This document shows, piece after piece, positions 18,992 to 26,598 of a stretch of DNA of 47,649 nt. The stretch comes from a virus (taxonomy: Duplodnaviria; Caudoviricetes), in IMG/VR virus record IMGVR_UViG_3300012943_000041, positions 1 to 47,649 of that record. One strand, 5' to 3'. The notes beneath the pieces were generated by a model that did not search any database, had not been told where the DNA came from, and was given only the letters and a program-made list of their open reading frames with translations. How positions within the stretch are numbered: position 1 is the first letter of the stretch; each line of letters starts with the position of its first letter. The translations under genes and the position numbers were made by a program.

Positions 18992-19120
18992 CGGGTCGGG
19001 GTGGCCGTCTCTCCGGCCTGTCACGCCTCTCTGTAGGATTCACGGCTTTCACCGCCCCTCTACGGCACTCCAGCTTCGGCTCTCGCCTCCATCGCCTTCG
19101 TTAGGGCGTCCTCCGTCCCG
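18992..19120 (-). ncRNA. Putative structured RNA (multi-branch, GNRA hairpins)
   Basis: Nested helices CGGGACGG/CCGACCCG, ACGCC/GGCGT, GTAG/CTAC; hairpins GGC-GAGA-GCC, CGGT-GAAA-GCCG, GGCCG-GAGAGA-CGGCC. Confidence 0.55.
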
Positions 19121-19126
19121 TTAAGC

Positions 19127-19447
19127 TCAACCCTCCTCCAGAGCGGCGTCGATCATGGCGGCCCACGCCTGAGCCACTGGTGATCCATCGGCGATGGCGC
19201 CGCGATTGACCGCTTGGCCCATGGAATTCGCGACGCCGCAGAGGCGGTCCACTTCACGCATGCCGGGCGTTAGCATAGCAGCGTTGGCCATCGCCTCGCT
19301 CGGCTCGCGGATCGCGGTGAGGACGGCGCGGACGATCAGCGTGTATCTAGCCCGCATGTCATCGGCAGTCTCTTCCCAAGAGGCGTGAAGCGGCTCGGGC
19401 CAGTCGGCCGCGTATGCTGCCCGCGCGGCGCGCTCAAGCGGGGTCAT
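19127..19447 (-). CDS. Hypothetical phage protein
   Basis: AIREPSEAM...WAAMIDAAL, a motif common in small phage proteins. Confidence 0.65.
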   Translation of the reverse strand: MTPLERAARAAYAADWPEPLHASWEETADDMRARYTLIVRAVLTAIREPSEAMANAAMLTPGMREVDRLCGVANSMGQAVNRGAIADGSPVAQAWAAMIDAALEEG

Positions 19448-19881
19448 GGGACGAACCTTCCGCCGACATAGGGCGAATATGGAACCGGCCTTGCCAATAT
19501 CTGGACAAGGGCGCTCTCAACGGCGTCGAACACGGCCTGCATGTCTGACACGTCGGTGATGCCGTTGGCGCGGAAAACGTGCTCCATTGTACGATCGCCG
19601 ATTTGGTAGGCTGCCACCGGCGGAGCGGTTTGTCGCAGTTTCGGCAACGCAGGATCGCCTGGTTGAGGTGTCCCATCGGGATAATAGACCGCAATCCCTT
19701 CCATCCCGGCGAAGCTGACGACGGCAGACCTGTCATCAGCACCATGTACGAAAGGCGGCTCAATCACCCGGACCGCGCGGGCCGCATCTTCGTCTGTCTC
19801 GACCGGCAAATTCCAGTCGAGATCGCCATCGCGTCCCGCAATAATATTCGCTACTTCGTGCTCAGCCATATCGAACCTCAT
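19444..19881 (-). CDS. Hypothetical protein (moron-like)
   Basis: ORF coupled to the downstream gene; inserted in the head operon. Confidence 0.55.
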   Translation of the reverse strand: MRFDMAEHEVANIIAGRDGDLDWNLPVETDEDAARAVRVIEPPFVHGADDRSAVVSFAGMEGIAVYYPDGTPQPGDPALPKLRQTAPPVAAYQIGDRTMEHVFRANGITDVSDMQAVFDAVESALVQILARPVPYSPYVGGRFVP

Positions 19882-19953
19882 CCGTTCGGGTGGTCAGGGT
19901 CGGCGGTGTTCGCGCACCGCTGGCCCGCAGCCTATCACGACTCGACGGAATTG

Positions 19954-20772
19954 CTAGCTTTCGATCTCATCGAGCAGCGCGATGTACGCCTGCGCCCGGC
20001 ACCCGCAAAACGGCGCGTCGCCGGGCTGATCCCCCTGCGGCGTGCCGAGGTCGTAGAGCTTCCCGTTCCGCACGATGTGCTCGGCGCGCGGGTGGAGCTT
20101 GCCGCTGTGCCGCCAGCGGTATTGCTCAAGCCCGGCCTCGACCTGCCGATCGCGATCCAGCGCGGCGCATAGCTTGGCGTTCTGGTCTGAGGCGATGCGC
20201 ACCGCCCTCGCCCGGCCGAACTCCACCGCGTCGTTGATCTCCTTCGCAACCTCGCGCGCCGGCAACCGCTGCTGGTAACCCCGCCACACGGCGTCGGAGA
20301 TCTTGCCTTGCGCCTGGTCGCTGACATTCCGAACCAGCGCCACGTTGCGGGCCACGAACATCTCGACCGTCTCAGGCTCGCCCGAACCGACGAGGATGGT
20401 GGACAGGTCGATCCCGGTCCCTGCATCCACGGCGCTGATCCAGCGAGATCTATGCCAAGCCTCTATACGAACAGCCCAGCGGCGCAGCGACGGGGTGATC
20501 GTGGTGGTGAGCACGCGGAGGAATTCGCTGGCGGCGGTGTCGATCACCTGTTCCGTCTGGCGTGGGGAGTCGAGGGTGAGACCGTCGGCGATCGGCGTGG
20601 CGTCGTAGGTTCCCATGATCGCGGCGCGGGCATCGCCCCAGATGCGCCATGCAGGCGCGATGATCGCGGCAAGATCGGCGCTGTTCGCGGCCGTGGGATT
20701 TATGGGCCTGAGGGTTATGGAGGGCCGGCGGATGCCCTTGGCGCGACACATGCGGGCGAGGTCGTAGGGCAC
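19954..20772 (-). CDS. Head morphogenesis protein (Mu gpF/SPP1 gp7-like)
   Basis: RAVRIASDQ...YRWRHSG...PG....CGC. Confidence 0.85.
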   Translation of the reverse strand: MPYDLARMCRAKGIRRPSITLRPINPTAANSADLAAIIAPAWRIWGDARAAIMGTYDATPIADGLTLDSPRQTEQVIDTAASEFLRVLTTTITPSLRRWAVRIEAWHRSRWISAVDAGTGIDLSTILVGSGEPETVEMFVARNVALVRNVSDQAQGKISDAVWRGYQQRLPAREVAKEINDAVEFGRARAVRIASDQNAKLCAALDRDRQVEAGLEQYRWRHSGKLHPRAEHIVRNGKLYDLGTPQGDQPGDAPFCGCRAQAYIALLDEIES

Positions 20773-22809
20773 TTAGCGCCCCTCGGGCTTCGGCCGCAGC
20801 AGGAGCCGTATGCCAAATCCGAATAGCTCGATGCGCCACATCTGCCAGGTCTGGCGCCCAGCCTGTTCAAGATCGAGGTCGAGCGCCTCGAAAATTTCTG
20901 GCCCGAACACCAGCTTCCCGTTGAACGGCTTGAGCGCGGCGACATCGACAGCCTCGGGCGCGTCATAGGTGAGCGTCACATGGGGCGCGTAATCGGGGAA
21001 ATCGTGGCTGCCGCCAGCTTCGACCATCTCGCGGTGACGCCATTCGAGGCTGGGCGCAGCGAACCGGAACACGACGGCGCCGCCATCGAATTTCTCAAGC
21101 GTGCGCGGGCCGCCGGGGCGGACGGCGATTTGCCCCTTCTCGTCCTCGTTCCAGTCGCGACCCATCTTCATGGGGTCCACGGGCGCACGCGAATAGAGCA
21201 CGGTGACATGCATATCGTCGGCGGGCAGCGTGGAGGTGAAGCCCTGCGACTTTGCCCAGGCAATCAGGTCCGCAGCGTTGAGGAGCTTGCGCTGGACGTA
21301 GAGCGGGCGAGGTGCGGCATCGGCCAGCCATGTGGCCGCATCATTCGCAGCACGGCGGGCGGGCGCCCCACTTCCCGAGCGCCCGCCGCCGGCAGAAGCC
21401 GGACCACCTCCTTTCCCTGTTTCGACAATCTCGTTCGGATCGACGTCGTCGGGCAGGCCCTCGCCGGCAGCTTCGGCTTCGTCGATGGCGTCTTGCAGAT
21501 TCGGCCACCGTCCGCTTTCGATGAGCCGGTTCTGGACAGCCTTCGCGAGCGCGCTTTCGGGGACAAGCCCGGCATTGGCGAGCTTCGTGACGGTGTCCGC
21601 CTCCTTGTTCTCGATCTCGGCCTCTTCCTTTTCGGTGAGGACGCCCAGCGGGGAGAACTTCCAGGACATGTCGGTGGGCACGCCGGCCGACGGCAGGATC
21701 ACCGCGTCCAGCTGCTCCATCTGGGGCCGCAGGTCGGTCTCCTGCTTGGACCCGATCGACTGGTGATAGTTGCGGAGGTCGGATTCGCCGGTCGCGTTCT
21801 GGCCGTCGGGAGACTTGCCGAACAGGCGGGTAGCGGGGATATCGGCGGCACCGGCCACGCGGGCGTCATAGGTGATGATGACGTCGCGCATCCCGGCCCA
21901 GACCATTTGCCGCTGGTCCCACTCGTCTTCCTTGTCGAGGATGACGGCGCGGTGGATACTCTTGCCGGAATTGGTGAGCTCGACCCGCTGCAACACCTTG
22001 GCCTCGCCGCCAGGCTGCGAAAGCTGGTCGACCAACTGGCTGAAGCGGAGCACGTCGATCTTGGCCTCGTCGATCAGCGACGCGAACCCCGCACTGGCGG
22101 CGGTTGCTTGCTTCACCGCCTCATCGACGACCTGCGGCACGCTGTCGCCCCAGAAGCGATCCTCCCACGATGCGTAGGTGATCGCGGGCACGGGCAGGCC
22201 GGGGAACACGACGACGCGCGACGGATGGATCTGCACCTGCGATCCGGAGCCCGAGAGCGTGAAATAGGCGGGCTTGCCGAACTCGGGCGAGGCTGGGTCG
22301 GTCACCATCCCGCCCAAGCTGATCTGCCAGCGAGACAGGACGACGAGATAGGCGACGTCGCCAGCCTTCGCGGTCCTGGGCAGCGGGGCGCCGGGCGTGC
22401 CATCCTTCATGCCGATCAGCATGGCGCCACCACCGAGACGGCCCAGCCGCAGCGCCTCGTGGAGCTTCGCCCAATAGCCGAGGCGCTTTTCCTCGGCCTC
22501 GATCTTCTTGATTTCCTCGTCCTTGGCGTCCCAGTCACGACCAGCGCGGGTCATGTCCTCGGCGGGGACATCGACGATCTTGCGATGGAGCCAGTTGCCG
22601 CGATAGGCGGCCTCGATCTGCTCCTGCTGCATCGGCATGAAATGCCAGAAGCCGTGCGTGCTGCGATCGACGCTGGTCCCGCGCCCGGTCAGGACGTTGG
22701 CGAGACCGTCACGAATGGGGATGACGTTCCGAGGGGCCGGCACGACGGAGCGACCGTCATACACATAGCCGGGCTTCGGGGTGACGTTTCGGATGCGGCC
22801 GCCGGACAT
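20773..22809 (-). CDS. Portal protein (DUF1073-like) fused to C-terminal Acb1-like 2H phosphoesterase
   Basis: Portal motifs (KIVDVPAEDMTR, IPATRLFGKSP..NATGESDLRNY), Gly-rich linker, then HVTVLYS and PHVTLTY. Confidence 0.85.
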   Translation of the reverse strand: MSGGRIRNVTPKPGYVYDGRSVVPAPRNVIPIRDGLANVLTGRGTSVDRSTHGFWHFMPMQQEQIEAAYRGNWLHRKIVDVPAEDMTRAGRDWDAKDEEIKKIEAEEKRLGYWAKLHEALRLGRLGGGAMLIGMKDGTPGAPLPRTAKAGDVAYLVVLSRWQISLGGMVTDPASPEFGKPAYFTLSGSGSQVQIHPSRVVVFPGLPVPAITYASWEDRFWGDSVPQVVDEAVKQATAASAGFASLIDEAKIDVLRFSQLVDQLSQPGGEAKVLQRVELTNSGKSIHRAVILDKEDEWDQRQMVWAGMRDVIITYDARVAGAADIPATRLFGKSPDGQNATGESDLRNYHQSIGSKQETDLRPQMEQLDAVILPSAGVPTDMSWKFSPLGVLTEKEEAEIENKEADTVTKLANAGLVPESALAKAVQNRLIESGRWPNLQDAIDEAEAAGEGLPDDVDPNEIVETGKGGGPASAGGGRSGSGAPARRAANDAATWLADAAPRPLYVQRKLLNAADLIAWAKSQGFTSTLPADDMHVTVLYSRAPVDPMKMGRDWNEDEKGQIAVRPGGPRTLEKFDGGAVVFRFAAPSLEWRHREMVEAGGSHDFPDYAPHVTLTYDAPEAVDVAALKPFNGKLVFGPEIFEALDLDLEQAGRQTWQMWRIELFGFGIRLLLRPKPEGR

Positions 22810-22842
22810 GGGGCAGACCGTGCGGCGTGGGCGGTGTGCGGG

Positions 22843-22854
22843 CTACGGACGCCA
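22843..22854 (-). promoter_or_regulatory. Late promoter motif, copy 6
   Basis: TGGCGTCCGTAG-N20-CACGGT-N7-ATG of portal. Confidence 0.75.
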
Positions 22855-22860
22855 CCCCGC

Positions 22861-24297
22861 TTACATCACGTCGAACACGCTGACCTTCTTCCCCACATTC
22901 GCCAGCGCCATCACGAAAGCGTCCGCCAGATTCGGCGACGGACGCGCGCCACCCGGCCGGTTGTCCTTGGCCAGATCCTTCTTGCTCTCGACCTTCACCT
23001 TGCCGGCATTGTCGAAATCCCGCTTCGGCGTGCACAACTCGTCGATGAGCAGCGGCAGATTGTCCAGCTCCGACGATATGAAGATCATATCGGCCTGGTC
23101 GAATGTCGCGCCCCGCTTCACGGCGTTGAATGTGTTGCGCATCCGATCGGCGATATTCCACCACGCCTGCGCCTTCGCGTTCGCGAACATGGCCTTGTTC
23201 GTCTTGACCGGGTGGGAGCGCTCATAGTTCGCATCAGGATTGCTGACACCGCCGCCGGCATTGAACCCGCTGTGGCGGATATGGGTGCCATCCTCGTTGA
23301 GCTCGTTGACCTTGGCGCCCACGGTGGCGCCGACGCCGATGCTGTCATAGACAAGCTCCGCATTCCGATCGACACAGGCGCTCCTCGCCCGCGTGGCGGA
23401 TTTCAGCAGTTCATCCTCGCCGCCCTTCCACATGTCCGACCATGCGGCGAGCGGGCCCACCGCATGAACCAGCGCATTCTTGTCGGGGCCATCGTCGGCG
23501 ACGTCGAATCCCACCTTGCTTGCGCCGCTCGGTTCGATTCCCAGCGCCTTGTGCGCGTCGATCGAGGCCATGACCCACGATCGCTTGATGATGGCGCTGT
23601 CGTCGTCATCCTTGGGCGTGCCCAGATAGATGTGCTGGAATTCCTCCTCGTCCTCGTCCCTGGCCGCGTCGATGACGCTCATCATGGTGTCGGAGAGGAA
23701 CGGGTTTTCGGTATAGTTGATCAGGCGGGCCAGCGTGCCCGGCGGCGGGTTGAGCACGAAGCGCCGCCACGCGAAGTCGGTCGACAGGATCGGATTGAAG
23801 ATGATCCAGAATTGCGACCCGGCCTTGCGGACCGTCGGTTCCAGCACCTCCCATTGTTTCTTCGTGAGCGCGTGCGCCTCCTCGAGCCAGCATATGTCGA
23901 TGCCTTCGAGGGATTTGATTTCGCCGATGTGCCGCCACAGGCCGTAGAAGATGAATTCCGAGCCGGTCCGCTTGTGGATGATCTTGTTGTCGAGGATGCG
24001 GAATTGCCGCTGCAACCCGAACCGCTCGATCTGCAGCTTCAGCAGCGAATAGACCGATTCCTCGATCTTGTTCTGGAACTGGCGGGCGCAGAGCACCTTG
24101 ATCTTGAGATTGCACGCCAGGTAGATCGCGAAGCCCGCGGCATCCCATGACTTCGACGAGGCTCGGCCGCCGTAGAGGATGCGGTTGCGGATCGTTTCCT
24201 GCCGTTCGTTGACGCGGGCGAGCCAGAAATCCTGCAGGACGGGGTTGAGGGTGGGGCCGCCGTTATGGCCGATGCCCGCGATGGCCTCAGACGCCAT
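22861..24297 (-). CDS. terL: Terminase large subunit (PBSX-like)
   Basis: YGGRASSKS Walker A, WLEEA Walker B, GFDVAD, SPNLADA. Confidence 0.92.
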   Translation of the reverse strand: MASEAIAGIGHNGGPTLNPVLQDFWLARVNERQETIRNRILYGGRASSKSWDAAGFAIYLACNLKIKVLCARQFQNKIEESVYSLLKLQIERFGLQRQFRILDNKIIHKRTGSEFIFYGLWRHIGEIKSLEGIDICWLEEAHALTKKQWEVLEPTVRKAGSQFWIIFNPILSTDFAWRRFVLNPPPGTLARLINYTENPFLSDTMMSVIDAARDEDEEEFQHIYLGTPKDDDDSAIIKRSWVMASIDAHKALGIEPSGASKVGFDVADDGPDKNALVHAVGPLAAWSDMWKGGEDELLKSATRARSACVDRNAELVYDSIGVGATVGAKVNELNEDGTHIRHSGFNAGGGVSNPDANYERSHPVKTNKAMFANAKAQAWWNIADRMRNTFNAVKRGATFDQADMIFISSELDNLPLLIDELCTPKRDFDNAGKVKVESKKDLAKDNRPGGARPSPNLADAFVMALANVGKKVSVFDVM

Positions 24298-24838
24298 CGG
24301 CCTTCACGGGTGCCTGGCTGTAGAAGTCAGCCAGCGATGGCGGGCTCATCGACCCATCGGATGAAGTGTGATCGACCTGCTCACGGAACGCGCTGACAAA
24401 CACATGCTTTCCGAGCATTTCGATACGCTTGTCGCGGGAGGCCAGCTTGATCTTGAAGCCGGTGCCCATGATGGGCTTGCCCTCCCCGTCCCGGCCGATC
24501 TCCTGCGGAAAGCTTTCAATTCCAGCGACAAGGCCCTTGCGCCATATCTCGGGCCACTCGCGGATCGGCTTCACGCGGCCCGTGTCGTCGTAGAGATCGG
24601 CGACGTCGGCGTTGACCTCTTCGGCCAGGCGGGTGAGCACCCAATCGGCGTCGATCTTCGTGCGTTCGGCTCGTTGGGCTAGCGCGTCCGTAATGGCAGC
24701 CTGAATTTCAACATTTCTCAACAGCCGCTCACCCTGCGACGCAGCCGTCCTCGCGCTGTAGCCGGCCCTGATCGCGGCCTGCGTGGCGTTCAGATCAACG
24801 AGATATTCCCGGACAAAGGCTTCCTGCCGAGGTGTCAC
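24287..24838 (-). CDS. terS: Terminase small subunit
   Basis: FVREYLVDLNATQAAIRAGYS; GTG start with GGGGAG SD. Confidence 0.92.
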   Translation of the reverse strand: MTPRQEAFVREYLVDLNATQAAIRAGYSARTAASQGERLLRNVEIQAAITDALAQRAERTKIDADWVLTRLAEEVNADVADLYDDTGRVKPIREWPEIWRKGLVAGIESFPQEIGRDGEGKPIMGTGFKIKLASRDKRIEMLGKHVFVSAFREQVDHTSSDGSMSPPSLADFYSQAPVKADGV

Positions 24839-25062
24839 GCGGCCGTACTCCCCACCTCGTCCAGCACCGACAAATCCCCGCGCAGATACCGCTTGCGCAG
24901 TTCCTTCAACCGATCCCCACCGCTCTCCTCGACCCAGCGCGTCGAAACATCGGTGCGGGCGCCGTAAAACCGCTCGATTCCGCGCCACCCGTCGCGGATG
25001 AAGCGCGCCGCGAACCCTTCCGGTGCCGGCTCATATGGTCGTTGCCTGAACGCGATCGTCAC
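24835..25062 (-). CDS. Small HTH-like protein
   Basis: PAPEGF...YGA......RW; coupled to terS. Confidence 0.6.
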   Translation of the reverse strand: MTIAFRQRPYEPAPEGFAARFIRDGWRGIERFYGARTDVSTRWVEESGGDRLKELRKRYLRGDLSVLDEVGSTAA

Positions 25063-25241
25063 GGCTTAATCCCCCATCTCCAACCCTCTCCACGGGCGAC
25101 ACATCTTGCCTTCGCTTCGGCATAAATCCGGCAATGACATTCAAACCGGTCGCGCCCGAGACATTCTCGGCGCCTCCTGGTCCGGTAATGAGTTTCGCGA
25201 TCGAACGGATCTGGCTGGGGGCATCCTGAGAGGACAATCAC
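25059..25241 (-). CDS. Small hypothetical protein
   Basis: Fills the gap with 4-nt overlaps at both ends. Confidence 0.4.
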   Translation of the reverse strand: MIVLSGCPQPDPFDRETHYRTRRRRECLGRDRFECHCRIYAEAKARCVARGEGWRWGIKP

Positions 25242-25762
25242 GGCTCGATTTCCTCCCCTTTGGCGCCCCGAATCATGTCCGCCGCCTCAAGCCGCTGCGC
25301 CTTCGGCAACCGGTTCCAATGCCGGATGAAGCTTTCCAGCATCCCGTAGCTATCCGTTGCCGGCCTGCCCTCGCGTTCCTTCACCTGATGCGCTTCGTGG
25401 CGCGTGCGCTCCGGGGTCCAATGCTTGTCACGGGCAGTGTTGAGCAGCTGCAGCGCGTCCTGGCGGGGCAGCGCGGCGACGCTGGCGTGATGCTCGATCG
25501 ACAGCGATTGATCGCGCAGATGGCTCGGGAATGCATCGACGGCGCGGGAGATGTCGCGGAGCCGCTTGGGCGCGATGCCCAGATTGTCGGCGAGGAAGTC
25601 GAACCCGGCCTGGTCGATGAACCCGGCTTCACGGCCCTCCATCATCCAGTCGCCTATGGCCCAGTCCACTTCGCGGCGGTTGCCGGCGAGGGTGCGGCCA
25701 CGGTCGACCCAGCCGGTGAATTCCGGCGTGGCCTCCGGTGCGATGGCGATTGCCTGGATCAT
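25238..25762 (-). CDS. LmbU-like DNA-binding regulator
   Basis: WAIGDW...LSIEHHASVAALP...W, resembling LmbU/NovE family motifs. Confidence 0.6.
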   Translation of the reverse strand: MIQAIAIAPEATPEFTGWVDRGRTLAGNRREVDWAIGDWMMEGREAGFIDQAGFDFLADNLGIAPKRLRDISRAVDAFPSHLRDQSLSIEHHASVAALPRQDALQLLNTARDKHWTPERTRHEAHQVKEREGRPATDSYGMLESFIRHWNRLPKAQRLEAADMIRGAKGEEIEP

Positions 25763-26598
25763 GCCGCGTCCTCCCTTGCTTGCCGCTCGTCCTGCTCCAC
25801 GATTCGTCGTTTGATCGCTGCGTATCGCTCGATCTCAGCGAGGTTTTCCGCGACCTTGGCTCGCACGGCGAGGTCGAAGAGTTGGAGCTTGAACGGCGCG
25901 CGGCCGCTTCGGGCCATGACCTGACCGCGGACTTCGCGCACCACCGGCAGGATCTCGGTTTCCAGATCGGCGCCGGCGTGCTGCCAGCGATCCAGCAGCG
26001 GCCAGTCGGGCGGATCGGTCAAAAATCCCGCCGCATCGAAAACGGCTTGGCGATCAGGCATCCGTTCGGGTTCGGCGTCCCGCGCGGAACTAGGAGTGGA
26101 GGGTAATTTAATTCCCTTCTCTTCTCTCCTCTCCATCTGAGAAACTTTTTCCGCATTCTGTTGCATTGATTTCTGTTGAGCGGATTTCCCTGCCGCATTC
26201 TGTTGTTTTTTAGGGCGTCCAACGGGTTTCTTTTCCGAGGTTTCATCGCCTGAGCGCTCGCCAACGTACAATTCGACGGCCTCAGTGATCGGGTATTCCG
26301 CCTTCGGTGACCGTGGGCGCTGATAGATGCGGAAATTGCGGACGGCGCCATAGGTGCGGCCATCTACGTCGAAGCGCATAACCTGGTTCTTCGCGAGCAG
26401 CTCGTCGAGGATTTCGGCGACACTGATCATGTCGGCCGGAAACAGTCTCATCTTGAGGCCTGTCGGCTTCCATTCGAACACGCCATTATCGTCCGCCTCG
26501 TTGCGCAACGCGATGGCGAGGAGGCGCGCAGCGAAACTGCATTCGACGAAATCCTCGTCGGTCCACTGACCGGGATGGACGGAGCGGATACGGCTCAC
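25759..26598 (-). CDS. Replication initiator (replisome organiser, lambda O analogue)
   Basis: MSRIRSVHPGQWTDEDF...ADDNG N-terminus; adjacent to helicase; internal repeats. Confidence 0.75.
   Translation of the reverse strand: MSRIRSVHPGQWTDEDFVECSFAARLLAIALRNEADDNGVFEWKPTGLKMRLFPADMISVAEILDELLAKNQVMRFDVDGRTYGAVRNFRIYQRPRSPKAEYPITEAVELYVGERSGDETSEKKPVGRPKKQQNAAGKSAQQKSMQQNAEKVSQMERREEKGIKLPSTPSSARDAEPERMPDRQAVFDAAGFLTDPPDWPLLDRWQHAGADLETEILPVVREVRGQVMARSGRAPFKLQLFDLAVRAKVAENLAEIERYAAIKRRIVEQDERQAREDAA
26151..26205. repeat. Iteron-like repeats, putative replication origin
   Basis: CCGCATTCTGTTG at 26151 and 26193, GATTTCTGTTG at 26168; AT-rich flank inside the initiator gene. Confidence 0.55.

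Noticed and set aside
17591-19036. 481-aa plus-strand ORF
   Set aside because: Antisense shadow of the DUF2213 gene in high-GC DNA; no recognisable motifs
19057-19068. Seventh late box (GTGCCGTAGAG)
   Set aside because: Partial match, no YAnnnT at 20 nt, and it lies within a predicted RNA helix
21411-21417. GGGAAAG lambda-type slippery site in the portal linker
   Set aside because: Read as GGG AAA G, the wrong phase for -1 tandem slippage
5979-22854. Late box as a sigma54 promoter (TGGC...GC)
   Set aside because: GG-N10-GC holds in only three of six copies, and the distance to the ATG fits a site near -40, not -24/-12
20980-24150. 1056-aa plus-strand ORF
   Set aside because: Antisense to portal and terL; codon-bias artefact
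24684-24693. GCGTCCGTAA inside terS
   Set aside because: Opposite orientation, intragenic, and no -10 at the expected spacing
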